Shown: one piece after another, positions 54,183 to 62,840 of the stretch | How positions within the stretch are numbered: the first letter of the stretch is position 1 | How the letters are laid out: the number at the start of each line of letters is the position of its first letter | IMG/VR virus record: IMGVR_UViG_3300028610_000968 | DNA: 64,000 nucleotides | Direction: 5' to 3' (one strand) | From: a virus | Taxonomy: Duplodnaviria > Heunggongvirae > Uroviricota > Caudoviricetes | Notes under the pieces: model-generated | Seen by the model: only the letters and a program-made list of their open reading frames with translations | Told to the model about the DNA's origin: nothing | The model's database searches: none | Position numbers and translations under genes: made by a program

Positions 54183-54551
54183 TTAAACAAACTTAAACCC
54201 TGCGATTTCATCATCCCTGATAACATCTATATTCCACTTCATAAGCGTATTAGTCATGTCCTTCCACTCTTCACCAGAATCTGTTATTAGCTCTGACACA
54301 CGATTAAGCTCATTGTATACTTCAGTACTAACCCTAAGTTCTTTTGGTTCATTATAATTGTTCTCTCTTTGAAAATCTCTAAGAGCCATTTGAATCCAAT
54401 CCATTATAGTTTTTTCAACCTTTACAGGAGTTAATTTAATACGGTCATACTCTTCTAGGTTATTGTCTGCCTTTAATCTATCAAAAGCTCTATCAATCAC
54501 AGCTTTTCTTTCTTGTAAAAGGTCTCTTACTTTAAACTCTACTGTCTTCAT
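54183..54551 (-). CDS. hypothetical protein (122 aa)
   Basis: ORF track entry. Confidence 0.45.
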   Translation of the reverse strand: MKTVEFKVRDLLQERKAVIDRAFDRLKADNNLEEYDRIKLTPVKVEKTIMDWIQMALRDFQRENNYNEPKELRVSTEVYNELNRVSELITDSGEEWKDMTNTLMKWNIDVIRDDEIAGFKFV

Positions 54552-54802
54552 TATTCCTCACCTTTAAATTCAAATACTTCATCATGGTCGTGAGCAGTGT
54601 TGTACTTTCTTTTTTCTCCCGGCACTATGGGAACCAATATAACTTTATCATACTTTTTTAGATAATCTTTTCTTTCAAAATTATCAAAAGACTTTTGAAC
54701 TGAAGATTTTTCCCCAGCAATAATTAATAATGTTCCATCATCCCTAGTGGTAACAAAAAGACTCGCCACAGTACTCTCTCTACATCTTTGTATTTCTGTC
54801 AT
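54551..54802 (-). CDS. hypothetical protein (83 aa)
   Basis: ORF track entry. Confidence 0.4.
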   Translation of the reverse strand: MTEIQRCRESTVASLFVTTRDDGTLLIIAGEKSSVQKSFDNFERKDYLKKYDKVILVPIVPGEKRKYNTAHDHDEVFEFKGEE

Positions 54803-55926
54803 TACTTTTTCTCCTTCAAATATAGTGTGGGCTTAGAGAAGTTGGCAGTTGCTCCTTCTAACAATGCTCTTTCTGTTTCTGCATCATTGACAAAAGCTTT
54901 AAGTTTAGTTTTGTTTACAGTGACACATTTCTGCCAATCGTCAGGTAATACATCCATCACAGTTTGTACTTTATAGTTGACGTATTTCTTAACTCCGAAA
55001 TCCACTACATTGTGGTTTAAAGTTATCTTGGTAGAGTCTAGCTCATTGGCCATACTCATAAAATAGTCTTCTATCTCTGACTTTTGTTTGCCCAATAATT
55101 TTATCTTCAGTCTAATATCTTTCAGCGTCGCTGCTGCTACATCAGGGTCACTGGTAATCAACGTACTAATATCTACGTTATCATTAATCCTTCTGTATGT
55201 ATCACAGCCGTTATTGTACGGACAGGAATAACAAAAATCATTAAGCTTCTCAAACGGTTCTGCCTCACCAATTTTTCTCCAAGAAGATTCTAAGAATGAC
55301 AACAGTTGTTCTCTTTGCTCAACATTATATTCATACGATATTTTACCATACCTTATCATATACATTGATACAAACAACTGCTTCAATGGCCCGATATGGC
55401 TAAAATGCTCTTCATGTATAACACGGAACACAAAATCATATATAGACATTTGTACATCATCTTCTAAGTCCTTTACTGACTTAGTTAATATACCAGTCTT
55501 ATAATCTACAATTTCCCACACACCATCACCATGATAATCAACACGGTCAATGAATCCTCTAACTGGAATATCACCTAGTTTGCCTTTCAAGTTCTCTAAG
55601 AACTCAAGCTCACACTTCACCACAGACAAATCGGTTAGTGGGTTTTCAGATTCGTACCTAGCTATCATCTTCAATCCGTCTCTATAATAATTTAAATTAG
55701 CTAGACTACCCTTTGTCCATTCTTCTTCATATAATCCTCTAAGAGATTTTTCTCCCGGGCCTTCCTCATAGAATCTTCTTAGAGCTTCGTGTACAATTGT
55801 ACCTAAATCTGCTTTACCCAAAGCGGTACTCCTTATTCTTTCTTCCGAGCTTTTGTTTAAAAACAACTGCTTAGGACATTTATCAAATTGAGATATTGTC
55901 GAAGCAGATAAATATTTAATCTTCAT
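54802..55926 (-). CDS. Cas4-like / RecB-family PD-(D/E)XK exonuclease with C-terminal Cys cluster
   Basis: GFIDRVDYHGDGVWEIVDYKTG is the RecB-nuclease motif. The C-terminal CYSCPYNNGC plus an N-terminal Cys suggests a Cas4-type Fe-S cluster. Confidence 0.65.
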   Translation of the reverse strand: MKIKYLSASTISQFDKCPKQLFLNKSSEERIRSTALGKADLGTIVHEALRRFYEEGPGEKSLRGLYEEEWTKGSLANLNYYRDGLKMIARYESENPLTDLSVVKCELEFLENLKGKLGDIPVRGFIDRVDYHGDGVWEIVDYKTGILTKSVKDLEDDVQMSIYDFVFRVIHEEHFSHIGPLKQLFVSMYMIRYGKISYEYNVEQREQLLSFLESSWRKIGEAEPFEKLNDFCYSCPYNNGCDTYRRINDNVDISTLITSDPDVAAATLKDIRLKIKLLGKQKSEIEDYFMSMANELDSTKITLNHNVVDFGVKKYVNYKVQTVMDVLPDDWQKCVTVNKTKLKAFVNDAETERALLEGATANFSKPTLYLKEKK

Positions 55927-56257
55927 TTAACCTCTCCTTTTTATTTGCCTTAGTTTTTGCATACTTAATTAACGCTTCCTCACCTTGTTTGATATGAGGT
56001 TCTAATATCTCCATTAATTTGTCTCGTCTGTGTACAGTGTGAGAAGTATAACCAAAAACACCACAACATTTACCACAGATATTGGGAGTAAAAACTTCTC
56101 CAATAGCTTTATCTACTCCCTTCGGAAAATATAATCCAAAATCATCTGGTATTGTTTTACAACTATAGTGACCGCACAAATAATCTCCACAGACTGAACA
56201 CTTTACAACAGAAAGACGTTCTTTGCATCTATCACATATATCAACCTTTTTCTTCAT
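55916..56257 (-). CDS. Zn-finger protein (113 aa)
   Basis: CDRC, CSVCG, C..C and CGKCC. Confidence 0.4.
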   Translation of the reverse strand: MKKKVDICDRCKERLSVVKCSVCGDYLCGHYSCKTIPDDFGLYFPKGVDKAIGEVFTPNICGKCCGVFGYTSHTVHRRDKLMEILEPHIKQGEEALIKYAKTKANKKERLNED

Positions 56258-56375
56258 CGTACTCTCCTTCTATGTGCTGCTAAAAGTGTGCCTATTATAA
56301 AGCACCCTGCTCCTATTTTTGGTGGTAATCCAAAAAAGAAAGACAGAGAACCTAATAAATAAAATACTAGGTCTA

Positions 56376-56582
56376 TCAATAGTCTAAATCCCCTGTTACA
56401 CGTTCAAACTCTACTGCGACTAAATCCATTTTAGTAATATCAAATATTTGTATCTGCCCTTTAGCTATTTTACCTGTTCCTCTATGATAGCCAGTTTTAC
56501 AAGGGATACAACAACGAATATCAGTGACTTTTGCTCTAGTTAGTTTCTTACCACAACCAGGACAATACTTTAAATTCTTCAT
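56376..56582 (-). CDS. Zn-ribbon protein (68 aa)
   Basis: CPGCG...CIPC. Confidence 0.4.
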   Translation of the reverse strand: MKNLKYCPGCGKKLTRAKVTDIRCCIPCKTGYHRGTGKIAKGQIQIFDITKMDLVAVEFERVTGDLDY

Positions 56583-57649
56583 TAAGCTATCAACGCCACT
56601 ACAGCTCTATATGAATCATCTTCATCAGAGTCAATGACTACTTTAGTGGAATCAACGTGCAGTTGCACACTGTCTCCCTTGATACAATTCAATATTCCTA
56701 ATAAGAAATTACTGTTGACGACAAACTCAGCAGAACCAGTACACTCTAATGTTGCTCTAGATGAATTACCTTTCTGGCTATCTCTACTAATTGTCATCTG
56801 CTTTCCATCAGCATTTACTTTCAAAGCTGATAATTGATGTTCTATAGAGGCAACAGTTGGTATTGCTTCTAATGTCTTTTCTCTATTGATAGTTATATTC
56901 TTTGCTCCTTCGGATGGTGCTAGGTTTTCCTCAAAGTTTGGATAGTTACAACCCACTACCACAGACTTCAGTATAAAATTATCCACAGAGAACTGCACCA
57001 CAGTACTAAATACCTCCATCTTCACAATCTCAGACGGTGGTAACTTCAACAGAGCACTAGCGGCCTGATATGGTATAACCACTTCAAACGGATTGTGCTT
57101 GGTATTCATTTTCTTGTTGCACAGCACTAGCTTGTTGGTTCCTAGAATATTTATCTCTTTCCCATCGCCTAATAGAAAAAGTGAATTTTGGACAAGCACA
57201 CCAATCCTGTAATCAGTAGCCCACAGGCAACTTTTAACGGATTCCGTAAAGTCATAAAAAGGTAGTTCTACCTCTTCCACTAATTCTTCATCAAATAATG
57301 TGGGAACTAAGTCTGCTTCTCTGGTAGAAAATGTGGCAGTAGAATTATTATTATCTGTAACTACCAGTTTATTTTCTTCCTTATCACATTCCAAAGTACA
57401 TGTATTCCCTCTTAGGCTAGACACAAACTTACTAAAGTCTCCAATAGATACAGCTAAAGAAAAGCCATTCCTGCCAGTAGTCTCTATCTCATACTGAGAC
57501 TCCACTACACCATTTAGTGTCCTGAATGTCATTCTCTTGCCTTTCTTTATAATCACAATGTAAGCAAGATTGTCACTCACTGCACTTGGGGGAGCTGTTT
57601 TTAACACCCCCGAAACTGCTCTTTTAAAATCAGTTAGATTTACTTCCAA
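56582..57649 (-). CDS. possible DNA polymerase sliding clamp (DnaN-like), weak call
   Basis: 355 aa. The N-terminal pattern FKRAVSGVLK...NLAYIVIIKKGKRMTFRTLNG loosely resembles the DnaN domain-1 start. Position in the replication module supports it, but no rigorous motif was found. Confidence 0.25.
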   Translation of the reverse strand: MEVNLTDFKRAVSGVLKTAPPSAVSDNLAYIVIIKKGKRMTFRTLNGVVESQYEIETTGRNGFSLAVSIGDFSKFVSSLRGNTCTLECDKEENKLVVTDNNNSTATFSTREADLVPTLFDEELVEEVELPFYDFTESVKSCLWATDYRIGVLVQNSLFLLGDGKEINILGTNKLVLCNKKMNTKHNPFEVVIPYQAASALLKLPPSEIVKMEVFSTVVQFSVDNFILKSVVVGCNYPNFEENLAPSEGAKNITINREKTLEAIPTVASIEHQLSALKVNADGKQMTISRDSQKGNSSRATLECTGSAEFVVNSNFLLGILNCIKGDSVQLHVDSTKVVIDSDEDDSYRAVVALIA

Positions 57650-57663
57650 TTCCTATTCCACTC

Positions 57664-58596
57664 CTATAATGTTAATTCTTTTTGCTCGTTATCTTTATTC
57701 CTAAGTTTAGCCACCGCGTTATAATCATCAAACGAATGGTGTCTCCACTGTCTGGGGGAGTTAGCCCAATTATTCAAGTGCCTTGTTAATCTTGGACTCC
57801 CCTCAAAGCATTGTACATGGGTATTTATATTGTAATCATGCAGCATGTTAACTCTATATAAATCCTCTTCATGGGTGCTGTTATAACCAACCAACACAAA
57901 TGCTCCTAGTCTATTTCTATTAATTGGGAATCCATTTCTCCTTAGAGTTTCTATTCCCTTTTTAACTGTCTTCTCTAACTTAATATCATCGAAAGCGAAT
58001 CTAGTATACGGTGGATTAGCATAAACAATCCCTTGTGCTATTTCATCTGTCATAATTCTCATGTCTATACCACCATTAAAATCAACCTTCAACTTTAGCT
58101 GTACTATTTCTTCCACTCTATCTTTCCAATCAGGATTAGCAAAGAAATTATTATCCAACAATATAATTTTATCACTCTTTGGATTATATATATCGTGGAC
58201 AGTAGCGACTGAACGCATCTTGCCTTCCTTCTCTGCAACAACACAGAAAGAACATTTCCGTATACAACCTCTAGACGTAAACCCAATCCCATGATGTATA
58301 TTAGGATATAACTCATAATCTGGTTTTATATATTCTATTTCATCTGCTAAATTCGTTTGTAAATCCCAGCCAGTTCCACCTACTTCTGCATCTGGATAGA
58401 TATTTAACCACTGGTCAACCTTTGCTCTATTCTTTTTAAAGATAGTAGAAATGAATACTTTATCAGGTCTCACATCTATATCATTGAGGTGAGTAAGATA
58501 ACCTAATTTTTTGTAATGGGCGCTAATTTTCATTAACGCCACATTACCAATCTTAGTTTTATCCATATCTATTAATAAGATATTTCCTTCAAACAT
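57664..58596 (-). CDS. radical SAM domain protein
   Basis: Canonical CxxxCxxC Fe-S motif in GFTSRGCIRKCSFCVV. Confidence 0.55.
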   Translation of the reverse strand: MFEGNILLIDMDKTKIGNVALMKISAHYKKLGYLTHLNDIDVRPDKVFISTIFKKNRAKVDQWLNIYPDAEVGGTGWDLQTNLADEIEYIKPDYELYPNIHHGIGFTSRGCIRKCSFCVVAEKEGKMRSVATVHDIYNPKSDKIILLDNNFFANPDWKDRVEEIVQLKLKVDFNGGIDMRIMTDEIAQGIVYANPPYTRFAFDDIKLEKTVKKGIETLRRNGFPINRNRLGAFVLVGYNSTHEEDLYRVNMLHDYNINTHVQCFEGSPRLTRHLNNWANSPRQWRHHSFDDYNAVAKLRNKDNEQKELTL

Positions 58597-59393
58597 TATT
58601 TTCTCCCTGTAGAATCCTCAATGCCTAAACCTTTGGCGGTGTCTCTCAGACTACTTGTGTCGTCTCCAGCTCTATAACCAGAAGCAAAAGCAGTAACAGT
58701 TTCCCCGACATTCATAACACCTGTATCTGAAGCAACATAAGAGAATGTATCTCCACCTCTGAAGCCCATGCCCATTCCTTCACTCCAAGCGTCTTGGTTA
58801 GCTCCTAAGTATAAGAACTTCCAGCCACACTCTTCTTTACTATTGATCAATCTTCTAACATCATCAGCGGTGTACTCAATGGATGAATTCTCCATGCCGT
58901 CAGTAATAACAACAACTAATGTTCTTGTTTTTTTAGTGACCGCACACCCGCACTCTCCACACTCAGTAAGTCTTCCTTCGCCAGAGAATTTATTGACAGT
59001 GTGCCCTACAGCATCTAATAGATTCGTACCACCTCTAGGTCTAAAACTGTTTCTAGAGAGATTAGGTACTTTTCTAACATCTTTCTGTGAATGCACAACC
59101 CTCACATCATCTGATATGTTTGCCTCTACCGGAAGAGGAGGCCACATAGTAGTCGTCGTCGTTGGCTCAAAAGGGTCAGGGCGCTGTTTCTTTTTTGTTG
59201 GTGCTACTAACCTCCGTTTGTTGTGAGATTTATCAAACGTAACTAACGTCATTCTAGTTTTTCCTTTTTCTCTGACTTGCTCATTTTTAAACTCATTGAA
59301 CATACCGATAGTGGCGTCCCTAATCTTTTCCATTGAACCAGACCTGTCAAGTATTACCACTATATCTAAATCCTTATTCTTTCCCATTCGCAT
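58596..59393 (-). CDS. von Willebrand factor A (VWA) domain protein
   Basis: MIDAS motif DIVVILDRSGSM near the N-terminus. Confidence 0.6.
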   Translation of the reverse strand: MRMGKNKDLDIVVILDRSGSMEKIRDATIGMFNEFKNEQVREKGKTRMTLVTFDKSHNKRRLVAPTKKKQRPDPFEPTTTTTMWPPLPVEANISDDVRVVHSQKDVRKVPNLSRNSFRPRGGTNLLDAVGHTVNKFSGEGRLTECGECGCAVTKKTRTLVVVITDGMENSSIEYTADDVRRLINSKEECGWKFLYLGANQDAWSEGMGMGFRGGDTFSYVASDTGVMNVGETVTAFASGYRAGDDTSSLRDTAKGLGIEDSTGRK

Positions 59394-59571
59394 CTAACCT
59401 TTCTATTGTTTTTTCTCTTCTGATATTGTCTATAAACCCACTTACCCGACTAACACAATTAGGACACAAACCAAGCGAACTGGCTCTCCCCAATTGCTGC
59501 ACATTGCCCTCAAATGGAGTAATGAATTCATCTTTTACTACAGTATCACAACCATCACAAAGTATTCTCAA
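59374..59571 (-). CDS. Zn-ribbon protein (65 aa)
   Basis: CDGC...CPNC. Confidence 0.4.
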   Translation of the reverse strand: MRILCDGCDTVVKDEFITPFEGNVQQLGRASSLGLCPNCVSRVSGFIDNIRREKTIERLDANGKE

Positions 59572-59885
59572 TCTTTACACATATCTTCTATAGGTTGGAC
59601 AACATAGCCCAAACTCTCTTTTCTTGTATCACTCTTGTTAAGAAATTCCTCTTGTACATTTTGATATTTAGTCATTGTAGTTTCTTTGTCAAACCCACCA
59701 GGTAAAAAGTTTATACCCTCTGGGTCGTCCCTATAATCCCAAACACCACCAAGACTAATAGGTTTGCCCATATCGTCTGTGTCTACTTCTAGAGCAAGAC
59801 CAAGTGGATGAAAAAACTGTCTATTAACTTCCTGTAAATATCCTCTCTCTAGAAACTCTATAATGTGTATCCTATTTACTTCCAT
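59568..59885 (-). CDS. hypothetical protein (105 aa)
   Basis: ORF track entry. Confidence 0.45.
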   Translation of the reverse strand: MEVNRIHIIEFLERGYLQEVNRQFFHPLGLALEVDTDDMGKPISLGGVWDYRDDPEGINFLPGGFDKETTMTKYQNVQEEFLNKSDTRKESLGYVVQPIEDMCKD

Positions 59886-60327
59886 TATACTCCTTTTCGT
59901 ATTTCAAAAGTTCCTCATGCCTTTCCTTCGAAATTATATGCAGACAATCTCTGTCTGCCTCTGTTTTCTTCCCACCATTAGAAGGATTGTATAAAACAAT
60001 CAATGGCTGATTTTGGTAAGTTTTTGCAGCATTGAAAGCCTGCTCAACTCCTTTTAAAAACCATTTGGGCAAATTAATTTTTTCTTTACATTCTAGAGAA
60101 TATTTTTCAAACACTCCATCTATTTGTAAATCTGTGTAATGCCCAACTCTTCCTGTAGAACTTGCTATTTGCTTAACAAGTGGATGCACTCCACCAGCAT
60201 GTTCTAACCCCCATTTACAAGCTTGTCGCTCATACTTCTTACCTTTAGCTCTATTAGCTTTGCCAATATTTTGACTTTTGTGTTTGTTCTCTCTACTTCC
60301 TTTGTTTCCTTTAGACTTTATTCCCAA
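59872..60327 (-). CDS. Holliday-junction resolvase-like PD-(D/E)XK nuclease (Hjc/RecU-like)
   Basis: KGKKYERQACKWGLEHAGG...DLQIDGVFEKYSLECKEK parallels the Hjc motif G-x-x-[FY]-E-R...D...E-x-K. Confidence 0.45.
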   Translation of the reverse strand: MGIKSKGNKGSRENKHKSQNIGKANRAKGKKYERQACKWGLEHAGGVHPLVKQIASSTGRVGHYTDLQIDGVFEKYSLECKEKINLPKWFLKGVEQAFNAAKTYQNQPLIVLYNPSNGGKKTEADRDCLHIISKERHEELLKYEKEYNGSK

Positions 60328-60764
60328 GGGAAATCATCAGTATCCATAGGAATATCTTCCTCAGTGGTTTCTTCCAACTTTTGCCTTATAGTGGGAGAAG
60401 GTTCAGTTTTTTTAGAAGTAGGTTTCCCCTCACCAGCACCGTTGTTGCCACCAAAATCTATTTCTCTACAGATAATACCGTTCCTGTTCCACCAGCTACC
60501 ATCCTCTTTTTTACCAGACACAGCTTCAAGCTCTCCAGTAATGGTGACTCTAGTTCCTTTTTTAATATAGTCATAGGCTATTTCTGCCAACTTCCCATAC
60601 GCCGTACAATTAATCCAATTCGTCTTTTCTTTTTCCTTAGACACAATCCTGTTGTTGGCTATCTTATAATTGATAACTGCCATTTCATTTGCTAAATACT
60701 TCAGCTCTGGGTCAGCTACTAGATAACCTACCACACAACATGTGTTAATATCATTCCTTGCCAA
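60318..60764 (-). CDS. ssb: single-stranded DNA-binding protein
   Basis: OB-fold pattern, a Gly-rich linker and an acidic tail ending DDFPWE. Confidence 0.75.
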   Translation of the reverse strand: MARNDINTCCVVGYLVADPELKYLANEMAVINYKIANNRIVSKEKEKTNWINCTAYGKLAEIAYDYIKKGTRVTITGELEAVSGKKEDGSWWNRNGIICREIDFGGNNGAGEGKPTSKKTEPSPTIRQKLEETTEEDIPMDTDDFPWE

Positions 60765-60887
60765 TTACATCATTCTCCCTTTTCATTTTTTTCAATTCAC
60801 TTTTACTAGATTTTTCATAGTTACATTCTTCACAATACTCTTCAGACATCCAAGCTCCACATTCAGGACACTTAAAATCCTCTACAC

Positions 60888-61385
60888 TCATCCGACACTA
60901 AACACATCCTCGCCTATCCTTTGTAAAATCAACTGATTTTCAGAACCAGCCCAACTCTTGTGTTTTGGACTTTCTTTTTCATATCTTCCTATCACCAAAG
61001 TTTCTATCTCTACTAACTCCATTGGTTCATTTTTGAATCTCTTCATAATGTCTTCTAGTTCATATCCAGTGTACAGCCAAATACTACTTTTGGGAAACTT
61101 GTCTTTGAATCTTATTATTAGCTCCTTAACGCTTTCCCACTGGTCAAGAGGTTCACCGCCAGAAACTGTCAAACCATCATATGCTCCTGCATTATTTTTC
61201 TCAAAATAATTCATTAAGTAATCAACAGTCGCTTCGTAGCCGTCGTGTGTGTTCCATGTGTGAGAGTTATGACAACCTTTACACTGTAAAGAACACCCTT
61301 GAACCCACAAAACATACCTCAACCCTGGCCCATTTACTATACTATCAGTTGTAATAGAGGATACTCTAATTTTCTTCTTCGACAT
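60888..61385 (-). CDS. nrdG: anaerobic ribonucleotide reductase activating protein (radical SAM)
   Basis: GPGLRYVLWVQGCSLQCKGCHN carries the CxxxCxxC motif. Size is 165 aa. Confidence 0.8.
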   Translation of the reverse strand: MSKKKIRVSSITTDSIVNGPGLRYVLWVQGCSLQCKGCHNSHTWNTHDGYEATVDYLMNYFEKNNAGAYDGLTVSGGEPLDQWESVKELIIRFKDKFPKSSIWLYTGYELEDIMKRFKNEPMELVEIETLVIGRYEKESPKHKSWAGSENQLILQRIGEDVFSVG

Positions 61386-61548
61386 TTTTCACCCCATTGT
61401 GATTTACTCTGTCTTCCAGCTCACTAATTTTAGCTGGGTTCCACTTATCTGTTTCAGCTAAATAACCTGTTATCCTTTGTATATATCTTATATCTGTACT
61501 TTTACAACTTGGACACTCTATCGCTTTTTGCTCTGTCACTATCATCAC
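61366..61548 (-). CDS. nrdD: NrdD C-terminal fragment: second zinc CxxC pair plus glycyl-radical domain, encoded as a separate 60-aa ORF
   Basis: CPSCKS...RITGYL...WNPAKISELEDRVNH matches the NrdD glycyl-radical signature (R-x-x-G-Y...W-N-x-G-K-x-x-E-x-x-x-R). Confidence 0.65.
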   Translation of the reverse strand: MMIVTEQKAIECPSCKSTDIRYIQRITGYLAETDKWNPAKISELEDRVNHNGVKNVEEEN

Positions 61549-61862
61549 CCCACGTGTATTATTTTTGTATCAGGACAATTCACTCTAAGATACTGCACTA
61601 CTTTCCATGTATCTTCATAGAATACTTCTAATCCCATTTCTTTTATAACTACGGATTTGTGTATTGCAGCGTCCTCATGTGTGAAATTCAAAGGATTAAA
61701 TGATACTGGATTATTGATGCCCCTTTGGTTTAGTTCATTTAATGTTCCTTCAGCAATAGAATAAACTCTGCCTGTAATTATAACAGCGTGTGACTCTGGC
61801 ATTAGCTCAGGCCCACCTATTATAACTCCATCTATATCATACCCTACTCTTAGTAATTCCAC
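61545..61862 (-). CDS. HAD-like protein (105 aa)
   Basis: GYDIDGVI (DxDGV motif I). Confidence 0.35.
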   Translation of the reverse strand: MELLRVGYDIDGVIIGGPELMPESHAVIITGRVYSIAEGTLNELNQRGINNPVSFNPLNFTHEDAAIHKSVVIKEMGLEVFYEDTWKVVQYLRVNCPDTKIIHVG

Positions 61863-62374
61863 TTTGCAATCTCCTCTATTAATTCTGTATCTCTGGATAA
61901 AATCCCTAGTCCATGCTCAACTCTCATCTCATACTTAGGCCAATCAATCTCCTTGAAAGTTTTTCCTACTCCCCAATCATAAGACATAGTATCATGAAAA
62001 AGCACTACCCCACGTGGTGAGAGGAACGGACTCCAATCATTAAAATCTTTCATAGACTGTACATCATCGTGAGTACCATCAATGTGGAGTATATCTATTG
62101 ATTCTTTCCAATCTTTCAATGCCTCTTCAAAGGTCATTTTCAACAAAGTTACGTTGCGAAGATTAAGTCGTTTTCTATACCCTTCGGCCTCGTCAATCTT
62201 ATCACTCAGATCAATTCCATAAACATGACCACTACAGTATCTGGCAAATACAAATGTTGAATACCCTAAATCCACACCTAAATCCACAATAACCTCTGGG
62301 TCTACTCTGCCCACCAACCACTCAGCAAACAACGTGTGCGCTTTCCAAGCACTCTCTATAACATTTAAATTCAT
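61850..62374 (-). CDS. class I SAM-dependent methyltransferase-like protein (174 aa)
   Basis: VIVDLGVDLGYSTFVFA is a motif I-like glycine-rich loop. Confidence 0.45.
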   Translation of the reverse strand: MNLNVIESAWKAHTLFAEWLVGRVDPEVIVDLGVDLGYSTFVFARYCSGHVYGIDLSDKIDEAEGYRKRLNLRNVTLLKMTFEEALKDWKESIDILHIDGTHDDVQSMKDFNDWSPFLSPRGVVLFHDTMSYDWGVGKTFKEIDWPKYEMRVEHGLGILSRDTELIEEIAKWNY

Positions 62375-62568
62375 TTAGTAAAACCAAACGGTATTTTATC
62401 TGGTTTATCCTTTCGTACAAGCTCTTGTCCATTGGCTCCATATATCACTATAGGTCTGCTGTATGTTTTTTCTTCCACGGTCAGCTCTGGATTGTGAGTT
62501 TTTCCACCGTGTCTCATATATCTTCCAGTCACACTGTTCCATTCCCAAGCACTATCTCTTTGTGTCAT
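62371..62568 (-). CDS. hypothetical protein (65 aa)
   Basis: ORF track entry. Confidence 0.4.
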   Translation of the reverse strand: MTQRDSAWEWNSVTGRYMRHGGKTHNPELTVEEKTYSRPIVIYGANGQELVRKDKPDKIPFGFTK

Positions 62569-62840
62569 TATTCTACCACCAGTTCATAGGTTTCTACAAA
62601 TATATCAGGTTTACAAGGATAATGTTCACCCTTAATTCCAGTGATTATCAAGTCACCGGGGCAAACAACATGCCCACCCTCAAGAGTATCAATCCAACCA
62701 TGACTTTTCATCATACAGCCACAATGTTCACACGACCCATCACGGCCAGAATCTTTAAGACTTTCTACTTCTGGATGATCGCCGTCCTTAAACCACTGGT
62801 CAGCTTCAATAACTACTGGTTTCTTTCTGAACTTTACCAT
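62568..62840 (-). CDS. conserved hypothetical Cys/His protein (90 aa)
   Basis: CEHCGC...H...C...C. Confidence 0.4.
   Translation of the reverse strand: MVKFRKKPVVIEADQWFKDGDHPEVESLKDSGRDGSCEHCGCMMKSHGWIDTLEGGHVVCPGDLIITGIKGEHYPCKPDIFVETYELVVE

Noticed and set aside
61549-62840. Group I intron (as in T4 nrdD) splitting nrdD
   Set aside because: The 1.3 kb is filled end to end by four ORFs with overlapping start and stop codons, leaving no room for a roughly 250-nt intron core. No homing-endonuclease-like ORF is present. The upstream exon ends in a stop that is immediately followed by the next gene's start.
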